NCBI GenBank assembly: GCA_044360435.1
Contig: JBIKKI010000003.1
Coordinates: 1-48,775 of the forward strand
Length of the DNA stretch: 48,775 nt
Source: Bacteroidia bacterium
Lineage (GTDB): Bacteria; Bacteroidota; Bacteroidia; NS11-12g; UBA955
Direction of reading: 5' to 3'
Shown here piece after piece: positions 1 to 8,045 of this stretch; position 1 is the stretch's first letter, and every line of letters begins with the position of its first letter. The notes under the pieces are model-generated. The model was given only the letters and a program-made list of their open reading frames with translations, ran no database searches and was not told where the DNA came from. Made by a program: the position numbers and the translations under genes.

Positions 1-1
1 G

Positions 2-559
2 GAAGCTAAAATTATCGGCAGCACCTTGGATGATGCAGCCGGAGAAGCTTTGGACAAAGCCGCGAAACTTTTGGGCCTGCCCTACCCCGGCGGTCCGGAA
101 ATAGACCGGCTGGCAAAGCGGGGCAGCGCAGATGCTTTTTCATTTTCCACCGCCCGGGTTCAGGAACACCATTTTAGCTTTTCTGGAATCAAAACATCTT
201 TATTGTATTTCCTGAATAGCAAAAGTCCCGAATTCATTCAGGAGCGTCTGGAAGACATCTGCGCTTCTTACCAGGAACATGTGATGCAGTACCTGATGTA
301 CGTTACAGGCAAATCCATCGCACAACTCAAACCCGCATCCATTGCACTGAGCGGAGGTGTTTCAGCCAACAGCAGGCTTAGAACACTGTTTGGCGAACTG
401 GCGGCAAAGTTTGACATACCGGCATTTATTCCCTCTTTTGAATATTGCACCGACAATGCCGCCATGATTGCCATGGCTGCGTATCAATCATTTCTGGAAG
501 GAAGGTTCAGCCCGCTCGACGAGCTCACTTATGCGCGCCAGCCTTGGGGAGAACAATGA
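2..559 (+). CDS. tsaD: tRNA N6-adenosine threonylcarbamoyltransferase TsaD (5'-truncated by window edge)
   Basis: Frame is open from position 2. Motifs TLDDAAGEALDK, GLPYPGGP, FSFSGIKT, GGVSAN and CTDNAAMIA are typical of TsaD/Kae1. Confidence 0.95.
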   Translation, partial: EAKIIGSTLDDAAGEALDKAAKLLGLPYPGGPEIDRLAKRGSADAFSFSTARVQEHHFSFSGIKTSLLYFLNSKSPEFIQERLEDICASYQEHVMQYLMYVTGKSIAQLKPASIALSGGVSANSRLRTLFGELAAKFDIPAFIPSFEYCTDNAAMIAMAAYQSFLEGRFSPLDELTYARQPWGEQ

Positions 560-905
560 ATACTTAACAACATAAAATTCATTTATTTTCAATAAATAAA
601 AACACAACCAAACATCTGGCTTGTGTTTATAAAAAACAAATCCTATGGAGTCGGTCAATCGCCTGGCTCACAGGCCAAGTGGTGATTCCTTAATTTGGCT
701 GTTTCAAAAAATAGTTGCATACACAGCGAAACTGTTGGAATTCAACTTTCTGCATCAACCACGGCAGTTTTTCTGATTAAAAGCAGCACAATATCCATGA
801 AAACTGCTTTTCGCTTGAGGAATGTCATTGAATGGGCCAAATGTTTGTCTGAAATTTGACGCTTACTGTTACAGTTCAACTATGACGCTATCTAACAACG
901 ATCTT

Positions 906-1337
906 ATGATGAATCAGGAAATTCCGGAGAATGACCTCGCGCACCGAATCATTGGCTTTGCAATTGAAATCCATAAGGCACTAGGACCTGGTCTTCAGAA
1001 GTCAGCTTATCGGGAATGTCTGGAGTATGAACTTTCCAACCATGGCCTCTCCGTAGAAAAAAATAAACCTATGCCCGTAAATTATAAAGACCTTCAGCTT
1101 GATTACGGGTATCAGCTTGATTTACTTGTAGATCAGAAAGTTGTGGTAGAAGTAATGACCTGCGACCAGATCAATGATCAGGATGTGCAGCGTTTGCTCA
1201 GATTTTTAAAGTTGGGCGACTATAAACTGGGACTGATCATCAATTTTAACAGCAGCCTGCTGAAAAACGGAATCCGAAGGGTGAACAACATGCGCAACGT
1301 ACACAGCGATGAGCGCATGGGCACGCTTTACCATTGA
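906..1337 (+). CDS. GxxExxY family protein (PD-(D/E)XK-like), divergent motif
   Basis: ENDLAHRIIGFAIEIHKALGPGL, GYQLDLLV and GLIINFN..LLKNGIRRV match the family pattern. Start is ambiguous (ATG at 882, 906 or 909). Confidence 0.85.
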   Translation: MMNQEIPENDLAHRIIGFAIEIHKALGPGLQKSAYRECLEYELSNHGLSVEKNKPMPVNYKDLQLDYGYQLDLLVDQKVVVEVMTCDQINDQDVQRLLRFLKLGDYKLGLIINFNSSLLKNGIRRVNNMRNVHSDERMGTLYH

Positions 1338-1783
1338 TGACGCAAATCCTTCCAATTCGGCATACCGTCCGTGTTTATGGAATTCACATTGAACACGGAC
1401 AGGTTTTGCTTTGCGAAGAAGGATTTGAAGATTTCAGATTTACCAAGTTTCCAGGCGGCGGCCTTGAATTCGGCGAAGGCTTATCTGATGCATTGCGGCG
1501 TGAATTCAGAGAGGAATTGAATACCAGCTTCCTTCATGCAGAACTGTTTTACATCAACGATTTTTTTCAGCCCAGTGCCTTTGATGCAGAAACGCAGGTT
1601 CTGTCTGTATATTACCTGGTGCACGGTATAGCGTCATTAAATTTGGAGCCGAAACGCGAATGGCGGAACGAAAAGCCTTATGAAATAAGGTTTTTCTATA
1701 AACCTCTTGAACAACTTACTGTTGAAGATTTAAGTTTTCCGATCGATCGGGCTGTTGCGGAAAAACTCAGCGCATTACGCTGA
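1337..1783 (+). CDS. NUDIX hydrolase
   Basis: Nudix box PGGGLEFGEGLSDALRREFREEL. ATG at 1337 overlaps the upstream TGA (TGATG). Confidence 0.9.
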   Translation: MTQILPIRHTVRVYGIHIEHGQVLLCEEGFEDFRFTKFPGGGLEFGEGLSDALRREFREELNTSFLHAELFYINDFFQPSAFDAETQVLSVYYLVHGIASLNLEPKREWRNEKPYEIRFFYKPLEQLTVEDLSFPIDRAVAEKLSALR

Positions 1784-4235
1784 TATTTCCTGAGGCGGTG
1801 CGCCTGAAGTTGTCGCAACCAACCCAATTCACCAGGTACACATAAATGCCCTCCGGAACCAATTTCCCGTGAACGGTACCGTCCCAGTTTTCTGAGGGGT
1901 TGTTGCTCTGCCACAATTTCTCACCCCAGCGATTGAATACCTTAAACTCGTAAAAGCCACCTTCGGATACAAACCGATGCGCCGGAAATATGTCATTCAG
2001 GCCATCGGCATTGGGGGTGAACGCATTGGGCACAAACATATCGGATGGCCATTTACCCGGATCTTTAGTAACCGTTGTGGCTGCTGCATTCTTACAACCG
2101 TTAACATCGCTTACTTCTACGCGGTACAAACCATTTTCATACGTTTTCTGTATGCGGTTGCGTGAGCCATCATTCCACAGGTAAGTCACGTAAGGTCCGG
2201 GATCTAATTCCAGAACGGTGCTCAGACAAACCGTAGTATCCGGAGGCAAAGCAACCACCGGCAAAGGGTTGAGTGTCAGCACGATGGAATCTTCTTCGAT
2301 ACAACCATTGACCGTGCGTACCTTCACATGATACTTCCCGGGCAAGGTGGCCGTATAGGTGGCGGCGCTCACACCTTCATTCCATTCATAAGAAAGAAAA
2401 AGTCTTCCGCCCAAAGGTTTCAGCACCCGATATACCTGACCGCAAAAAGCCGTATCCTGCCCCAAATCCAGTTCCGCAGGGTGCATATTTACATTGAATG
2501 AAGCATAATTGGAACATTTCCCCCTGCGCACCAACACACCATAAGCTCCGGCCTTCCTGAACACGGCCTGTTGTCCGCTTTGTCCGTCGGACCATGTATA
2601 TGTGCTTCCGGGATTTCCTGCATCACGCAGTACAGAACCGCCCGGGCAAATAAGCGTATCTTTCAGTGAAAGTTTGATTTCAGGGTATTGATCGATGTAG
2701 GCCGAATCTCTGGAAATGCACCCGTTCTGATTCACCGTTTCTACCCAAAACAGTCCGGTTTTGCTTGCCGTGTATGTGCGCGTTTGCACTCCTTCACTCC
2801 ACTTGTAGGATACATAGCCGGCGCCGGCATCCAATACTGCCGTGAACGGATTTTCAGAGCAAATAGTGGTATCTCCGGAAATCTGAACTTTACTTAAATC
2901 GTTGGCAATGATGATGCTGTCTCGCCAGCGGCATTTACCATCTATTTTATCAACCCAGTAAACACCTCCTTTATTGATGGAAATACTGCGTGTAGTTTGT
3001 CCGGTATTCCATTGATAGCTGTAGCCGGTTTCCTTCGCGGACAAGGTCAGGTTAAATGCGCCGCAAATCAGGGTATCGTTGCCGATGAAGGGTTTTTTAG
3101 GTTCGTAAACGGTAATGGTTGTGGTATTGCTGTCCACACAATTGGCGCGATAAGCCAGCAGTTTGATGCGATACACCCCGGCTGCAGGAAAGGTAAAGGT
3201 TGGATTTACCTGGTTAGAGGTATCATCATTGGTTCCTGATACGCCAAAATCCCAGTGAAACCTGGTTCCACCCTGGCTTTGATTGCTGAACTTCACGGTG
3301 TATCCACATTGGAAATTGGGTGCGTAGAAAGCGGAAACCACATCTACTATGCAGCGATACACATAGAATTGATAATCTCTTTTTGTTTCGCCAATCAGAA
3401 CCCCCTTGCGGTATTCCTTCACCTTAATACCAATAACAAATTGACCTTCACGGGTGGGCATTCCTGTGAGTCGTCCTGTTTCCCGATCAATGGTTAGCGC
3501 CGGGCTGCCGTCAAGCGGATAACTATAGTTGTAGGAACCAATCCAAAGCAGCGTATCGAACGGCGGACGATCATAATTGTTGAAGGAAGGGCGTGGGTCA
3601 TTGCGATCGGCGGCTACAAAAGGGGTAAAAAACTCATAAACCAGAGAATCACCATCCGGATCAACCGCGCTGTGGTCAAAATTGAGCCAGGCATTGGTGC
3701 AGAGGTAATTCGGCGGCAACTCCTTAAAAACCGGACTGCTGTTGAAGCCGGCACCACCCGTCACCTGAGGGATTTTGGTCCAGTAGTTTGCGCCGGTAAA
3801 ACCCGGATCGTAAATGTTGGATATGATTTGGTTCCTGCAACAGCGCTGAAATGAGAGGAAATAACCGCCATTGCGTTGGGGAAGGTTAATGTTGTATGTG
3901 TACACGTACATATCCACGCACTGATTCGGGGTGTTTCGTACGCATTTATAATTGAGCTTTTGAACCCTGGTCGGCCCGGTTCTGTTGATTTCCCTGGATA
4001 GGGAAGAAATCAAAGCTCCTGAAGCTCCGTCAAATACGCCGATACGCGCAGTGGCGTCGTCGGAAATGGCTCCGGGTTGTCCGTTCAGGCAGTCAACAAA
4101 CAGAAACAACTTCACCTCATAGTTGTAACTGCCCAAATGCTTGTAGGTGATTTCTCCACCCACAATATGCGATGCGTTCAGCGTGCCGGAAACACCCAGA
4201 AATAACCAAAGCAGCGCAGACTTGATGCCTTTCAT
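1767..4235 (-). CDS. PKD-domain protein with gliding-motility-associated (T9SS type B) C-terminal domain
   Basis: Signal peptide followed by ASHIVGGEITY. PKD motif FHWDFG..NPTFTFPAAGVYRIKL. Repeated GxDTxIC / YxWSxG Ig-like units. C-terminal VPNAFTPNADGLND..VFNRWGE..WDG..GNISVMR. Confidence 0.9.
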   Translation of the reverse strand: MKGIKSALLWLFLGVSGTLNASHIVGGEITYKHLGSYNYEVKLFLFVDCLNGQPGAISDDATARIGVFDGASGALISSLSREINRTGPTRVQKLNYKCVRNTPNQCVDMYVYTYNINLPQRNGGYFLSFQRCCRNQIISNIYDPGFTGANYWTKIPQVTGGAGFNSSPVFKELPPNYLCTNAWLNFDHSAVDPDGDSLVYEFFTPFVAADRNDPRPSFNNYDRPPFDTLLWIGSYNYSYPLDGSPALTIDRETGRLTGMPTREGQFVIGIKVKEYRKGVLIGETKRDYQFYVYRCIVDVVSAFYAPNFQCGYTVKFSNQSQGGTRFHWDFGVSGTNDDTSNQVNPTFTFPAAGVYRIKLLAYRANCVDSNTTTITVYEPKKPFIGNDTLICGAFNLTLSAKETGYSYQWNTGQTTRSISINKGGVYWVDKIDGKCRWRDSIIIANDLSKVQISGDTTICSENPFTAVLDAGAGYVSYKWSEGVQTRTYTASKTGLFWVETVNQNGCISRDSAYIDQYPEIKLSLKDTLICPGGSVLRDAGNPGSTYTWSDGQSGQQAVFRKAGAYGVLVRRGKCSNYASFNVNMHPAELDLGQDTAFCGQVYRVLKPLGGRLFLSYEWNEGVSAATYTATLPGKYHVKVRTVNGCIEEDSIVLTLNPLPVVALPPDTTVCLSTVLELDPGPYVTYLWNDGSRNRIQKTYENGLYRVEVSDVNGCKNAAATTVTKDPGKWPSDMFVPNAFTPNADGLNDIFPAHRFVSEGGFYEFKVFNRWGEKLWQSNNPSENWDGTVHGKLVPEGIYVYLVNWVGCDNFRRTASGNISVMR

Positions 4236-4242
4236 GAACGAA

Positions 4243-4281
4243 TGCTGAAAGATAAACGTTTCAGCAGCAGAAATGGTTGCC
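4243..4281 (-). promoter_or_regulatory. ECF-sigma-like promoter (GCAAC-N17-CGT) overlapped by an 8-bp inverted repeat
   Basis: On the minus strand AAC lies at 4278-4276 and CGT at 4258-4256, 17 nt apart. TGCTGAAA (4243-4250) and TTTCAGCA (4259-4266) form a palindrome. The site is just upstream of the ATG at 4235. Confidence 0.45.
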
Positions 4282-4334
4282 TTTCGTGTGAAGAAGTTTT
4301 CCCCGCAACGAAGACAGACTGATTTCGACAGGAA

Positions 4335-5429
4335 TTAATATGCGTTTAAAGCGTGGACCACAGCCTGCGCTTCCTCATCGGTAATTTCTGGAAACATGGG
4401 CAATGAAAGGCAATGGGCCGCTTGTGCTTCGGCCTTGGGAATGCTTCCTGGCAGATAACCCAAACTGGCGTAAGCTTTTTGGAGGTGGCAGGGATGTGGG
4501 TAATGAAACGCTGTTCCTATGCCCTGTTCCGTTAAAAAGTCGCGCAGCTGATCGCGGCGTTCGGTGGTCAGCACCATCAGATGATATACGCCTTCGGCGT
4601 TGGGCTCCTGCGCCTGAAACTGCACCTTTGGATTCTTCACCTCATTAAGGTAATAAGCCGCCACTTCCCTGCGGCGTGCATTCCAACGGTCAATGTAACG
4701 CAGCTTTACACTCAGAACGGCTGCCTGAAAACCCTCCATGCGGTAGTTGTAACCAATTTCATCGTGGTAATAACGCTGTTTGGACCCATGACTGCGCAAA
4801 GATTTGGCATGCTCAGCCACCGCTGCATCATTGGTAAACAAGGCTCCTCCTTCACCATAAGCACCCAGGTTCTTGCCCGGATAAAAACTGGTAGCAGCAA
4901 TATCACCGATGCCCAATGTTTTTTTACCATCATATGTTGCGCCTATGCTTTGAGCTCCGTCTTCCATCAATAAAAGTCGGTATTCATCGGCAAGTGCGCG
5001 TAAAGCGTTCAAATTGCAGGGCTGACCGTATAAATGCACCCCGATAATGGCTTTGGTTCGGCTGTTGATTTTGGCGCGGGCCGCTTCTGGATCGATGTTC
5101 CAGGTATCCGGATCGATATCACAAAACACAGGTGTCGCTCCTGCGTAGCTTGGACCCCATGCTGTGGCAATAAACGTATTGGCCGGAACTATTACTTCGT
5201 CGCCCGGACCTATTCCATGAACCAGCATAGCCAGATGCAAAGCCGATGTTCCGCTGTTTAAGCCTACAGCATATTTTACGCCGGAATATGCAGCCAGTTC
5301 CTCTTCAAAGCGGTCCACAAACGGGCCACCCGAAAAAGCCGTTTGGTCCATGACACGCTGCAAAGCATCCTGAATTTCGGACCTGAGTTGTTGGTATTGA
5401 CGCGAAAGGTCGAAGAATGGCACATTCAT
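4335..5429 (-). CDS. DegT/DnrJ/EryC1/StrS PLP-dependent sugar aminotransferase (WbpE/WlbC-like)
   Basis: MNVPFFDL start (ATG at 5429), NSGTSALHLA, EDGAQ, SFYPGKNLGAYGEGG (PLP lysine), GYNYRM, LSLPMFP. Confidence 0.93.
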   Translation of the reverse strand: MNVPFFDLSRQYQQLRSEIQDALQRVMDQTAFSGGPFVDRFEEELAAYSGVKYAVGLNSGTSALHLAMLVHGIGPGDEVIVPANTFIATAWGPSYAGATPVFCDIDPDTWNIDPEAARAKINSRTKAIIGVHLYGQPCNLNALRALADEYRLLLMEDGAQSIGATYDGKKTLGIGDIAATSFYPGKNLGAYGEGGALFTNDAAVAEHAKSLRSHGSKQRYYHDEIGYNYRMEGFQAAVLSVKLRYIDRWNARRREVAAYYLNEVKNPKVQFQAQEPNAEGVYHLMVLTTERRDQLRDFLTEQGIGTAFHYPHPCHLQKAYASLGYLPGSIPKAEAQAAHCLSLPMFPEITDEEAQAVVHALNAY

Positions 5430-5485
5430 ATTGTGGGCAAATATCGGAACAAATGGCAGTTCCTTTCTTGATTGAAACGCAAGAT

Positions 5486-6217
5486 TCAGGAAGCCCTCCG
5501 CAGCCTGAGTCGAAACAGGCGATAGACAACAAACAACTTCAACAATTCGCTTGCTGCACGGTAAATGGTTTTCAGCGAAGCGCCTCTGCTTTTGCCGGCT
5601 GTTCTGGGCAAATATCTGGATTGTACTTCCAGAAACCTCCAGCCTTTGGCCCGCAGCTTGCTGCAAATTTCGCTGGTAACGATGCTGCTGTACATCTTCA
5701 AATCCAGGTCGTGCAGTTCCTGGGTGCGGAAAACCAGAATCCAGTTCACATCGCGCAACTCCATTCCTAACAGCAGGCGGTTTAGTGTTTTATTGGCCCA
5801 ACTCAAACCGTTCCTGAATACGTTGTATGAAGTATTTTCAACCCTGTAGAAGCTTAACACGGTGCGCATGGCGATGTACGGATAAGCGCGTAATTCTTCA
5901 GTATCAAACTGCCCGTCGCCGGGCAAAGCAACAACAACGTCCTTGGTGGCGTTGAAATAAATGGAACGCAGCGCCGCGCCAATTCCCTGATTCTTTCCGT
6001 GCTCCACAATCACCAAGCCTGGAAACTCCTGCGCCTGCAACTTTTTCAGCAAGGAAACGGAATCATCTGCGCTGCCATCGTCCACCACCAAAACCTCAAA
6101 CTCATCGGCAAGCCGGGCCGCGGTTTGATATGTGGTTCTAACCACCTGTTCAATATTGCCTGATTCATTGTAGCACATGATGCCCAATGTCCAGCTTTGC
6201 CTGGATGTATTATTCAT
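5486..6217 (-). CDS. Glycosyltransferase family 2 (polyprenyl-phosphate glycosyltransferase / DPM1-like)
   Basis: IMCYNE, VVDDGSAD, HGKNQGIG, PGDGQFD and C-terminal EV..RYLPR.AGKS as in DPM1/ArnC-type GT2. Start at 6217 overlaps the upstream stop. Confidence 0.85.
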   Translation of the reverse strand: MNNTSRQSWTLGIMCYNESGNIEQVVRTTYQTAARLADEFEVLVVDDGSADDSVSLLKKLQAQEFPGLVIVEHGKNQGIGAALRSIYFNATKDVVVALPGDGQFDTEELRAYPYIAMRTVLSFYRVENTSYNVFRNGLSWANKTLNRLLLGMELRDVNWILVFRTQELHDLDLKMYSSIVTSEICSKLRAKGWRFLEVQSRYLPRTAGKSRGASLKTIYRAASELLKLFVVYRLFRLRLRRAS

Positions 6218-6713
6218 CGGGACCCACTTTACCAATCACACGGGCAGGATTTCCTGCCACCTTGGTCATGGGCGGAACATCTTTGGTTACCACACTGCCT
6301 GCACCAACCAAAGCGCCTGCGCCGATGCGCACACCCGCAAGAATGGTGGCATTGGTTCCAATGGCAGCTCTTTTCTCGATGTAGGTTGTTTCCAGCTTCC
6401 AGTCAGACTCCGTTTTTACACTTCCATCCTCATTGGTACTGCGGGGAAACATATCGTTGATGAACATCACACCATGACCAATGAACACTTCATCTTCAAT
6501 GGTTACGCCATCGCAGATGAATGAGTGACTGGAAATCTTGCAGTTCTTCCCAATACTTACACCTTTTTGGATTTCGGTAAACGGACCTACTTTGGTTCCA
6601 TCGCCCAAGCTGCAGCCATACAGATTCACAAAATGAAAAATGCGCACCCCTTCTCCAACGGTTACATTCACAATTTTTTGTGTGGGGTTGTCAATATTGA
6701 TGATTTCAGGCAT
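6210..6713 (-). CDS. Hexapeptide-repeat sugar N-acetyltransferase (WbpD/WxcM-like)
   Basis: Left-handed beta-helix repeats: IGKNCKISSHSFIC, VFIGHGVMFIND, IGTNATIL, VGAGSVVTKDVP, VAGNPAR. Confidence 0.9.
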   Translation of the reverse strand: MPEIINIDNPTQKIVNVTVGEGVRIFHFVNLYGCSLGDGTKVGPFTEIQKGVSIGKNCKISSHSFICDGVTIEDEVFIGHGVMFINDMFPRSTNEDGSVKTESDWKLETTYIEKRAAIGTNATILAGVRIGAGALVGAGSVVTKDVPPMTKVAGNPARVIGKVGPDE

Positions 6714-6773
6714 GATGTGTGGCAACAAAAAAAAGCAAATTGTGCGAAAATGCACCAACCAGCAGGAACAATC

Positions 6774-7790
6774 TTACAGGTTCAGAGACACAGGCGCTCC
6801 CTGTTTGCGGATGCTTTCCTGCGCTGCTTCCATCACTGCCACAACCTGCAGCCCCAGCTGTGCATTTGACAGCGGAGTTTCTCCTGTGTTGATGCATTGG
6901 ATGAAATCATGAGCTACTCCACTCAGGGCTTCCTTTTGTTCGAGTTTGGGAATAAAGATGTCGCCGAAGCGATAATCAACCAGCCAGCGGTGCAGTTCTT
7001 CAGGACTACGCACGGTAAATCCGCTGTCGTAAATCTTGATTTTTTCGGTGGGTTCCACGTCGTCGTAAATCACCATCTTTCGGGTACCGCCAATCAGGGT
7101 TTTTCTGATTTTCACCGGTGAAATCCAGGAAGATGCAATGTGTGCCATCATGCCGTCTTCAAAAAACAAGGTTGTATAGGCCAGGTCTTCAATACCCATT
7201 GCTGTATGACTCTGGCCAACAGCAGACACAGAAACAGGCTTTTTCCCGCCGGTGATGTAAAAGAAGATGCTCAGATCATGAACGGCAAGATCCCAAATAA
7301 CGCTCCAATTGGGGTTAAACAGGCCGAGGTTGATTCGGGTGCTGTCGAAATAGTTGAGTGTTCCCAATTCACCTTGTTCCACCAGGGTTTTGATTTTCTG
7401 TACTGCTCCGGTATAGAGAAAGGTATGGTCAACCATCAGCAGCAAACCTTTTTGGGCAGCGAGTTCCATAAGTTCCTGAACTTCTGCAGCCGAGGTAGCC
7501 AATGGCTTTTCCACCAGCACATGTTTACCCGCCAGCAGCGCCTGCTTGGCCAGTTGATAATGGGTATGAATGGGCGTGGCAATCACCACCGCATCCAGCT
7601 CCGGATGCAGGATGAGTTCATCGGCATCCGCAAAACACTGAAGCCCGGGATATTGCAAGGAAATGCGATTCCGCCTTCCTTCATCAAGGTCTGAAACAGC
7701 AATCAGCTGGCCGCCTGCAGCCTGAGCAAAGTTGCGCACAAGATTTGGGCCCCAGTAGCCCAGTCCGATGATTCCCAGTTTTACTGTCAT
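6774..7790 (-). CDS. Gfo/Idh/MocA NAD-dependent oxidoreductase (WbpB/WlbA/GnnA-like)
   Basis: GIIGLGYWG Rossmann motif, AGKHVLVEKP, WDLAVHD. ATG at 7790. Confidence 0.92.
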   Translation of the reverse strand: MTVKLGIIGLGYWGPNLVRNFAQAAGGQLIAVSDLDEGRRNRISLQYPGLQCFADADELILHPELDAVVIATPIHTHYQLAKQALLAGKHVLVEKPLATSAAEVQELMELAAQKGLLLMVDHTFLYTGAVQKIKTLVEQGELGTLNYFDSTRINLGLFNPNWSVIWDLAVHDLSIFFYITGGKKPVSVSAVGQSHTAMGIEDLAYTTLFFEDGMMAHIASSWISPVKIRKTLIGGTRKMVIYDDVEPTEKIKIYDSGFTVRSPEELHRWLVDYRFGDIFIPKLEQKEALSGVAHDFIQCINTGETPLSNAQLGLQVVAVMEAAQESIRKQGAPVSLNL

Positions 7791-8045
7791 TCTGTATGCA
7801 AATAAACACCCCGAACGATGAATTCTTCTGCCCATTCAGGAAGGAGCTCCTGTGCATGAAATTCTTCCTTGAACAAAACTGATAAAAACCCTTGCTCCAT
7901 CATGCGCGATGCATGGCTGCCAAGCGGCGCTGACATGTTCGCATCGACAGGCGCAGCACCGAAGGGCATGTAGTTTCTTTCTTCGGAATTTTGAACATAC
8001 TCAGGAATGCCAAAGGACAATCAGTGATTATAATTGCAAAAGCTT

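Noticed and set aside
906-1783. Anti-phage defence or toxin-antitoxin pair
   Set aside because: The nuclease motif looks degenerate and there is no defence-island context. The pair is retained only as a finding of unknown function.
5430-5666. N-terminal extensions given by the ORF track (also for xth, gcvT, YihY, TolB-like, fabI and the oxidoreductase)
   Set aside because: They overlap neighbouring genes or promoter elements, and family-typical N-termini begin at downstream ATGs.
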